Shown: positions 57,361-64,000 of the stretch, piece after piece
How positions within the stretch are numbered: the stretch's first letter is position 1
Layout of the letters: each line of letters begins with the position of its first letter
Assembly (NCBI GenBank): GCA_041489155.1
Contig: JBGPQP010000002.1
Location: 1-64,000 of the forward strand
DNA length: 64,000 nucleotides
Source: Candidatus Aenigmatarchaeota archaeon
GTDB taxonomy: Archaea > Aenigmatarchaeota > Aenigmatarchaeia > QMZP01 > QMZT01
Reading direction: 5' to 3'
Position numbers and translations under genes: made by a program
The notes under the pieces: generated by a model
Database searches by the model: none
Told to the model about the DNA's origin: nothing
Seen by the model: only the letters and a program-made list of their open reading frames with translations

Positions 57361-57819
57361 TTAGCTAACAACGCCAGTCACAGTCCCCGTGTCCGTGTGG
57401 TTGAGTCCGCCCGCGTTGTAAACTATTGCCAATTTGACAGAATAGCTCGAGCCTGTTGTTAGTAGTGGAAGTGTTGGGAATGTTATGCTTCCGGATGCTC
57501 CCGGGCCAAGTACCAAACTAGTCGGGTTGTAAGTACTAGCCGTTCCACTTATCGTAGCGGTTATATTGAGTATAGTCACTGCTGTTGCCATTTTGTTGTT
57601 GGCAAGGTTCAGTGTAAGGTTACCTGCGGTCGTTAAATCCCAGTCTGTCGGCGCTCCCAACACCTGGAATCCCGTCGCTGTCCTTCCTGTAAATGTCGCT
57701 GGGTTGAATACGCCTAACGCGTATAACGCCGCTGCCACTATTATGACGATCAGTATAGCCCAACCGTACGTCATCAGGTACTCCATCGCGGACTGTCCCT
57801 TTTTATTCGCAAATTTCAT
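57361..57819 (-). CDS. Archaeal type IV pilin (class III signal peptide)
   Basis: KKG/QSAMEYLMTYGWAILIVII; Thr/Gly-rich body. Confidence 0.9.
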   Translation of the reverse strand: MKFANKKGQSAMEYLMTYGWAILIVIIVAAALYALGVFNPATFTGRTATGFQVLGAPTDWDLTTAGNLTLNLANNKMATAVTILNITATISGTASTYNPTSLVLGPGASGSITFPTLPLLTTGSSYSVKLAIVYNAGGLNHTDTGTVTGVVS

Positions 57820-57897
57820 AAATGATCAATTTATAATTGGTTTAAACTGGTATATATAAGTTCTTCCATGCTTCGTTTTGTTTCCCGTCTGTTTGTT

Positions 57898-58851
57898 CTA
57901 ATGCGGCATGAAACTGGAGAACATGCTGTTTATGACGAAATTCGCCCCGAAGAACACAATAAGGGCGATTATCATGAAGATGGGCACGTATTTTATCCCG
58001 CCCTTCTCCTTGCCCGTTTCTATCAGGCCGATTATCAGGCCGGAGAAGAAAGTGGTTATGATGATCGAGACGACCGAGAAGGCCATCAGGAAATCGGGCG
58101 AAATTGATATGCCGCCCTTGAACATCGGGACGCCCTTCGACATGACCTCGCTGCTCACCACGCTGGAGCCGGTGAGGGAGGTAAGCGTGGTTATGAGATA
58201 AAGCGACAGCGCATAGAGGACGGGCGCGCCCATCACGCCGGAGAAGACAATGAATATCCCGTACATTATGATGTTGGCCTTTATCTCCTTCTTTATCGCC
58301 TGCTTCCTGCGGATGTCGACTGCGTTCTCATCCAGCAGAGAAACGAGCTGGCCGCCGAACTTCGAGCCCTCGTTTATCAGGTTTATCGCGCGCTGGAGGA
58401 TGTCCGATTTTATGTAGCGCGGGATTTCGTTCAGGCCCTCGGCAAGCGATTTGCCTGTCAGGATTTCCTTGCCCGACTTCTTTATCGCCTCCGCGAGCGG
58501 GCCGAACTCGCTGCGTGCGCTCAGTAACAAAGCCTTGCTGGGTATGTAGCCTGCGCGCATGTTGGCTGCCATAAGCTCTAGCGCATCCGGCAGGACATTC
58601 TCGACGAAAGTCTTTCTCTTCTCGACGGCAAGCGTGAGGTAGGCGTTGAACATCAGGAAAGCGCCCATGAAAACGCCTATGAAGATGTAAATGGCGTATG
58701 TTCTTACAACCACCGCCAGAACCGCTGCGAGTATGAGGCTTATAATGAACGATTTGTTTATGTAGGACTCGCTGGTGGTGGTCATGCCGGCGAGCAGCAA
58801 TTTCTCTCTTATGTGCTCCCGGTAATTCTGGGGGAAAAACCTGTATATCAT
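57898..58851 (-). CDS. Type IV pilus membrane platform protein (TadC/T2SS-F)
   Basis: LPDALELMAANMRAG, EFGPL, multi-TM. Confidence 0.9.
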   Translation of the reverse strand: MIYRFFPQNYREHIREKLLLAGMTTTSESYINKSFIISLILAAVLAVVVRTYAIYIFIGVFMGAFLMFNAYLTLAVEKRKTFVENVLPDALELMAANMRAGYIPSKALLLSARSEFGPLAEAIKKSGKEILTGKSLAEGLNEIPRYIKSDILQRAINLINEGSKFGGQLVSLLDENAVDIRRKQAIKKEIKANIIMYGIFIVFSGVMGAPVLYALSLYLITTLTSLTGSSVVSSEVMSKGVPMFKGGISISPDFLMAFSVVSIIITTFFSGLIIGLIETGKEKGGIKYVPIFMIIALIVFFGANFVINSMFSSFMPH

Positions 58852-58861
58852 ATCAATCCCT

Positions 58862-59755
58862 TTAATCGATGCCTACCGGCCTCCTTGATTTTATAAGGCC
58901 TATGAACATGAACTGGAAAAGGACGAGGACGCCTAGTAGCCCGGCCAGCACGATTTGAAGGTTGAACTTCAGGCCGGTGAAGGATGCGAGGACGAGGAGG
59001 AAGGTGATGCCCAGCGTCGGGAATATCACGGCGAAAAGCATGTACATGAGGGCGAGAGGGTTCAGCTGCGCGCCGTATTTTTTGATAGCGACTCTCTGCT
59101 CGACCGCCAGGTTTTCTACTATCTCTTTCATCGTGTGTCCGATGTCGGCGCCGGATTTGAGCGCGTTTATGATCTGCCACATGACGCGGCGGAAGAAGAA
59201 CGAAGGCGTCTCTCTCGTTATTTTTTCCAGCGCTTCCGCCTCGGACTTGCCCGTGTTTATCTCGTTTACCACGCGCCTCATCTCCTTTGAAAGCGTCCCG
59301 TAGTCGCCCCTCGCTATCGAGACGAGCGTGTCGTAAAGCGGCACGCCTGACCTTACCTGGACGAGGATGTGATGCAGAACGTACGGGAGATTCTTCTCTA
59401 TGTCGCCTACCTTCTTCTGCGCGGAAAGCTTCGGGTAGAAGGAAAGGAACATGAACGTCCCCGTCCCTATCGCCAGGCCGGCGAACGTCGCCACCGTCAG
59501 CGCCCTCTGCATCTCTATCCTGGCAACGAGCGTTATCAGGAACACGAGGCCGAACAGCAGCAGGAAGTAGAACATGAACGCGAACAGGGCGATGGACATC
59601 CAGCGGCGCGGCGAGATTTCGAAGCCTGACTGCTCGAGGTCAAATTCAAGGGAAGGGAACATTTTTGACAGGTTCTCCCCCAAGCCCAGAAAGTGCTCTG
59701 TTATCCCCCTTACTTTTTCATATGGCAGGGGCAAGAATGGAATTTTGTTTTTCAC
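58862..59755 (-). CDS. Type IV pilus membrane platform protein (TadB/T2SS-F)
   Basis: LPYVLHHILVQVRSGVPL, YGTLSKE, SGADI. Confidence 0.9.
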   Translation of the reverse strand: MKNKIPFLPLPYEKVRGITEHFLGLGENLSKMFPSLEFDLEQSGFEISPRRWMSIALFAFMFYFLLLFGLVFLITLVARIEMQRALTVATFAGLAIGTGTFMFLSFYPKLSAQKKVGDIEKNLPYVLHHILVQVRSGVPLYDTLVSIARGDYGTLSKEMRRVVNEINTGKSEAEALEKITRETPSFFFRRVMWQIINALKSGADIGHTMKEIVENLAVEQRVAIKKYGAQLNPLALMYMLFAVIFPTLGITFLLVLASFTGLKFNLQIVLAGLLGVLVLFQFMFIGLIKSRRPVGID

Positions 59756-59785
59756 ATAAAATTATTGGAGAACTGAGTATATATT

Positions 59786-60445
59786 TCATGCGAGTTCTAT
59801 TGTCAGCACGCCGTTCTTGAATGTCTGGTTGAAGATGCTGGTTTCAGGAGGCTTTGTGAGAATCTTGAAATACGCCTTTTCGCCTGCTATGGCTTTGACT
59901 TCGATGGAGTTCTCAAGCTTCTTCACCTCAATGTCATTCGCGTTCCTGACGCCGGGCAGTTTTATCTCAACAAGTGTTTTGCTGCCTACCTTCTTCATGC
60001 AGGTCACAGGCTCTTCGGTGTGCTTTGCACTGTCAAAGCATATGCCCTGCGCTCCACTGCTTTCAGTTTTTTCAGGCCTTATTGCCTTGGATATGCGGTC
60101 TCCGAAGCCCATCTTGTCCGCTTCCTTCTCTATCGCCTTCTTCGGGACGTCGCCGAAGGTCTGTATCGAAACCTTTGGCTTGTGGCCGGTGCCCTGCGTT
60201 ATCTTTATGGAGAAGCCGCTGCCCCTCATGGGCTTGGTGTTTTTGGGGAACATTGGTATAAGGTCTGCGAACTCGAAATTCTTTTCCAGGGCCTTGTTCA
60301 TCTCGCTCATTTCGCGTTCCATGCGCTCGAACACATCGCCGAATAAAGCGCGTTCTTTAATCTCCAGCTCCGCGCCGCAGCTGGGGCAGAACTTCCATCT
60401 CGCGTCCGTTTCTCTGCCGCAGTTGGCGCATCTCATATGTATCAT
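59786..60445 (-). CDS. Hsp20/alpha-crystallin-like protein with N-terminal Zn ribbon
   Basis: CANC...FCPSCG; EIKLPGV, FKNGVLTIEL. Confidence 0.8.
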   Translation of the reverse strand: MIHMRCANCGRETDARWKFCPSCGAELEIKERALFGDVFERMEREMSEMNKALEKNFEFADLIPMFPKNTKPMRGSGFSIKITQGTGHKPKVSIQTFGDVPKKAIEKEADKMGFGDRISKAIRPEKTESSGAQGICFDSAKHTEEPVTCMKKVGSKTLVEIKLPGVRNANDIEVKKLENSIEVKAIAGEKAYFKILTKPPETSIFNQTFKNGVLTIELA

Positions 60446-60458
60446 GTTTTATTTGAAA

Positions 60459-62801
60459 TTATAAAAGTTTTCTGGCCATAGTCACGAGCCTCGGCTTTTT
60501 CATCAGGATCAGGGCGAGCCTCTTGAAGCCAGACGCTCTCGCGAAGCCGACGAGTTCGTCGCCATTAAGGTATTCGGCCAGCCAGTTGAGTTCGTCATCC
60601 TTCAGGTTTTCGACGACGTGCCTCAGCTTCAGGATTCTCTTCAACCTTTCCCCGCGTTCCTTCCACCATCTTCTCTCGTATTCGGCGAGCTTCGCCTTTG
60701 AATAATCATTCGCTTTTATCGCCTTTGCAATCGTTTCGCTTGCCATGCGACCTGCGACATACGCTTCAGCTATGCCGCCTCCGTGAATCGGGTTGACCTG
60801 ATGCGCTGCATCGCCGACGACGACGAAATTGTCAGCCACCATGCTTCTGAGGAAGCCGCCGACAGGCACGCCGCCCGAGTTGGCTTCTATGGTCGATCCC
60901 TTGCGCAGGGCTTCGCGCTCCCTTATGAAATCCCTGAGGTATGATATCGCCGACCTTTTTGAGAAGGGCTTTCTCACGCCTATGCCGACATTCGCGCTGT
61001 CCTTCCCTTTCGGGAATATCCAACAATTATGCACAATAAAACCAGGGCAGAATGAACCGTTAGATTGGATATCATATACCTTTCCTGTATATTTTTCACG
61101 TCTTAGGCTTCTTACACCCATAAACAAAAATCCTTCTTTTACAAACGACCTGCTGTTTTTCAATTCTCCATATTTGCATTCACCGAATATTGTATCTAGC
61201 TTTTTCAATTGTTTGCCATAAATTCGTAAACGATATGCATTTTTCTTTTTTATTCTTCCAACTGAACCAGCTATATTTATTGTTGATAAAAACATCCACA
61301 AGTCGTATAACATTCGTTTTGACGTTGTGGTAAGGTTTAAATGTTCATCTTCACGTTTTGATTTTTTCTCTTTGTTCCCGTCACCTCTGAAAAGACCTTT
61401 TAAAAACGCTATCTTTAGCTCATCATCCAGACCAAAGAAAAAATGCGGTATATGTTTATTATGGCAACCTCTTCCGAATAAAGACTCGAATAATTGTTTT
61501 AAAATTTTGGAAGCAAAATGCACTTGCACGCATGTTTTTTCTCCTGATGTTTTTTTATTTTTCCATAGGCTGGCCTCAAATCCGAATGTCTCCTCTCCTA
61601 TTTCTTCCACTCTATTTATTATGTTTTTATCTGTATTGCTTATAATAATGCCATTGGAGTTTGTGTTACCCTCTGACACATAATAACCAAAAAACTCCAT
61701 CAATTTTTCTGTTATTTCTAGATTATTTTTTATGCCATGTTTATATGCAAATTCAGCCCCAAATTGATTTCTGCCTATAGGATATGTTTTACCATCTTTT
61801 ACTATACCTTTCACGTAATCCTGAATTTTAATGTGTGTAATTCGTTTCTCTTTTGGGATGGGTAATATTAGGTAATCGCCATCTCTGTGATTACCCCTCC
61901 TTCCCTTTATTATTTCCTTTGCCTTTTTCCATGCAAATCCATCTTTTTTGTTCCATATATAGACTAGATGGCCCGGGGTTAGTCTAACTTCATTATTGAA
62001 CATAAAGGGAGTTATGGTGATGATTTCTCCATCGTATTCCCTTATAGAGATAGCGGAAGCAGGGACCCATCCTTTCATCGTGAATACTTCTTCACCGATT
62101 TTAACATCAGAAATTGGTTTGAGCGTATTTTTAGTGATAATTTCTGTATCAGGTGTCAGACAATATCCGCCAGGCGCGATAGCGTTGCCGAAGTAGAGCT
62201 CGATCCTGTCGGGATCTATGCTCACGTTCGTCATCTCGAACTGCGCGCAGGACGCAATCTCGGAAAGCGGGAGCGTGGTGTCTATGCCCATCATTCTCGG
62301 GAGCCTTGACTCGATGCCGTCGCAAGCGACAAGAATCTTGCACCCGATTTCAAGGGTTTCGTTGCCAGACCTCAGTTTTACAGCGAGCCTGTTCCCGTTC
62401 CTTCTCGCTCCTATGACCTCGGTTTTGGTCAGGACCCTGGCGCCCGCCTGAACGGCGAGTTTCGCCAGGTACTTGTCAAGCATCTTCCTCTCGATTATCC
62501 ATCCCTCAGGCCCGTCGAAATCGGCGGTTATCTTCTTGCCGTTGGGCGCGTAAATGCTCGCACCCTTTACGACTTTAGAAATCCACGAATTATCGACCTT
62601 TATTTCCATCCTTTCCGCGGCGGACCTCGAAAGGCCCTCGCCGCAGCGCTTCGGGCTGCCTATCTCCTGCCGCTTCTCGACTGCTAGGGTTTTCAGGCCT
62701 TTTTCAGCGCAGTGTCTCGCGACTGAAGAGCCAGCGGGCCCGACGCCGACAACCAGCACATCATACTCCCTGTCAATATACTCGAACATAATATCACCCA
62801 A
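60459..62801 (-). CDS. Geranylgeranyl reductase (DGGGPL reductase family) containing an intein
   Basis: YDVLVVGVGPAG, KRCGEG, ACDG, PGGY|CWIFPK, GDAAHQVNPIHGGGI; ~401 aa after intein removal. Confidence 0.92.
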   Translation of the reverse strand: MGDIMFEYIDREYDVLVVGVGPAGSSVARHCAEKGLKTLAVEKRQEIGSPKRCGEGLSRSAAERMEIKVDNSWISKVVKGASIYAPNGKKITADFDGPEGWIIERKMLDKYLAKLAVQAGARVLTKTEVIGARRNGNRLAVKLRSGNETLEIGCKILVACDGIESRLPRMMGIDTTLPLSEIASCAQFEMTNVSIDPDRIELYFGNAIAPGGYCLTPDTEIITKNTLKPISDVKIGEEVFTMKGWVPASAISIREYDGEIITITPFMFNNEVRLTPGHLVYIWNKKDGFAWKKAKEIIKGRRGNHRDGDYLILPIPKEKRITHIKIQDYVKGIVKDGKTYPIGRNQFGAEFAYKHGIKNNLEITEKLMEFFGYYVSEGNTNSNGIIISNTDKNIINRVEEIGEETFGFEASLWKNKKTSGEKTCVQVHFASKILKQLFESLFGRGCHNKHIPHFFFGLDDELKIAFLKGLFRGDGNKEKKSKREDEHLNLTTTSKRMLYDLWMFLSTINIAGSVGRIKKKNAYRLRIYGKQLKKLDTIFGECKYGELKNSRSFVKEGFLFMGVRSLRREKYTGKVYDIQSNGSFCPGFIVHNCWIFPKGKDSANVGIGVRKPFSKRSAISYLRDFIREREALRKGSTIEANSGGVPVGGFLRSMVADNFVVVGDAAHQVNPIHGGGIAEAYVAGRMASETIAKAIKANDYSKAKLAEYERRWWKERGERLKRILKLRHVVENLKDDELNWLAEYLNGDELVGFARASGFKRLALILMKKPRLVTMARKLL
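61026..62162 (-). mobile_element. Intein (379 aa) with LAGLIDADG homing endonuclease
   Basis: N-terminal CLTPDT, block B LTPGH, FGYYVSEG and FLKGLFRGDG, C-terminal VYDI...IVHN followed by Cys; sharply AT-rich. Confidence 0.95.
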
Positions 62802-62859
62802 TAAATCTTTTTAATAGCCTATTTATTTATAAAATAAGATATAAAAAGTTCGTTAAGAG

Positions 62860-63336
62860 TTGGTGGTGTTTGTGTCGTTTTTCGGTAAGAAGAGGGAAGG
62901 CATCAAGAGGAATGTTGCTCTGTTTGTGGACGGACCGAATATAATAAGAAGGGAATTCAGCATTGATCTGGACGAGCTTAGGAAGAACATAGAGAAGTAC
63001 GGCAGAATCGTGACCGGAAAAGTCTTCCTTAACCAGCATGCCCCCGACAAGCTGATCGAAGCCGTCGCCAATCAGGGCTTTGAGCCTAAAGTCGTGCTGG
63101 CCGGCGAGGCCGAAGCGGACGTTGACGTCAGCGTCGCGGTCGAAATAGTCAAGGCCGCTTACAACGATAAAATCGACGTGATCGCCCTCGCTTCTAGAGA
63201 CGCTGATTATCTGCCTGCGATACAGCTTGCCAAGGAGAAGGACAAAATCATCGTGATAATCGGCATAAACCCCGGCTTTTCCAGGGCCCTGCAGAACGTC
63301 GCGGACAGCGTTGAAATTCTGACCAAAAGGGTTTGA
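62860..63336 (+). CDS. NYN-domain protein (TIGR00288-like)
   Basis: FVDGPN, DVDV, SRDADY, GFSRALQNVAD. Confidence 0.88.
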   Translation: MVVFVSFFGKKREGIKRNVALFVDGPNIIRREFSIDLDELRKNIEKYGRIVTGKVFLNQHAPDKLIEAVANQGFEPKVVLAGEAEADVDVSVAVEIVKAAYNDKIDVIALASRDADYLPAIQLAKEKDKIIVIIGINPGFSRALQNVADSVEILTKRV

Positions 63337-64000
63337 ATGAGAGTGAAAGAAAACCTATCGGCGGTTAGAAAGCAGATCGAACAGGCAGCGAAAAAATCGG
63401 GGAGATGTGCCGAAGACATAGTTCTCGTCGGCATTTCCAAGACCGCCAGCGTCGAGCTAGTGAAAGAAGCCGTAGGCTGCGGTCTTGCCGACATCGGGGA
63501 GAACCGCGTGCAGGAAGCCGAAAAGAAATTCCCCCTGCTTTCCGGCGTCAGGAAGCATTTCGTCGGTCACCTGCAGTCCAACAAGGTAAAAAAAGCGGTT
63601 GAAATATTTGATGTCATCCAGTCTGTCGATTCAATCGAGATCGCCAGGAAAATCGATGAGCAAGCGCTTCGGATGGGCAAGACCATGCCTGTCCTCATCC
63701 AGGTGCGCACGGATGAAATGAAGGAGTTCGGGATAAGGCCTGTCGAAACCGAAAAATTTCTCAGGAAAGCGGCAAAGCTTGAAGGCACACGTATTCTGGG
63801 TTTAATGACAATCGGGCCGGCATTTGAAAATCCCGAAGATTCGCGTCACGTATTCAGGGAAACGAAAAAGCTTTTCGACTCGCTAGCGCGAATACCGCAC
63901 GTGGAAATGCGCTATCTCTCTATGGGCATGAGTTTCGATTTCAGAATAGCGATAGAAGAAGGCGCAAACATGGTGAGAGTGGGAAGGGCAATTTTTGACT
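63337..64000 (+). CDS. yggS: YggS/PLPBP pyridoxal-phosphate homeostasis protein (stop beyond window end)
   Basis: ISKT, GENRVQE, HFVGHLQSNKV, GLMTI, LSMGMS, VRVGRAIF. Confidence 0.92.
   Translation, partial: MRVKENLSAVRKQIEQAAKKSGRCAEDIVLVGISKTASVELVKEAVGCGLADIGENRVQEAEKKFPLLSGVRKHFVGHLQSNKVKKAVEIFDVIQSVDSIEIARKIDEQALRMGKTMPVLIQVRTDEMKEFGIRPVETEKFLRKAAKLEGTRILGLMTIGPAFENPEDSRHVFRETKKLFDSLARIPHVEMRYLSMGMSFDFRIAIEEGANMVRVGRAIFD

Noticed and set aside
1..64000. CRISPR array, transposase, integrase or provirus
   Set aside because: No regularly spaced repeats or hallmark genes were recognised by eye; short or degenerate elements could have been missed.

Overview
Archaeal chromosome segment. The gene style (split RpoB, TFB, Topo VI, class III signal peptide pilins, many lineage-specific membrane proteins, stand-alone 5S rRNA) fits a DPANN lineage such as Aenigmarchaeota; this is an inference, not a computed placement. 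Core content: the RNA polymerase operon rpoH-B''-B'-A'-A'' followed by rpl6-rpl32e, plus tfb, aIF-1A, aIF-5A, pelota, top6B/A, trm1, tpiA, FBP aldolase/phosphatase, five tRNAs (Asn, Lys and Tyr with introns; Tyr has two) and 5S rRNA. Six notable parts: (1) a three-gene cassette (clan CD/caspase-like protease plus two small paralogues) bracketed by a duplicated mbf1 3' end; (2) a 1589-aa Cys-rich repeat surface protein; (3) a clustered lower archaeal (anhydromevalonate-phosphate) mevalonate pathway; (4) a 10-kb KaiC/two-component signalling island that embeds a UbiA prenyltransferase, a radical SAM/SPASM enzyme and a V4R-like protein; (5) a 97-nt tRNA-Lys intron with box C/D-like motifs and an antisense element to its own anticodon arm; (6) a LAGLIDADG intein in the geranylgeranyl reductase gene. 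All calls come from motifs read by eye; no searches were run.
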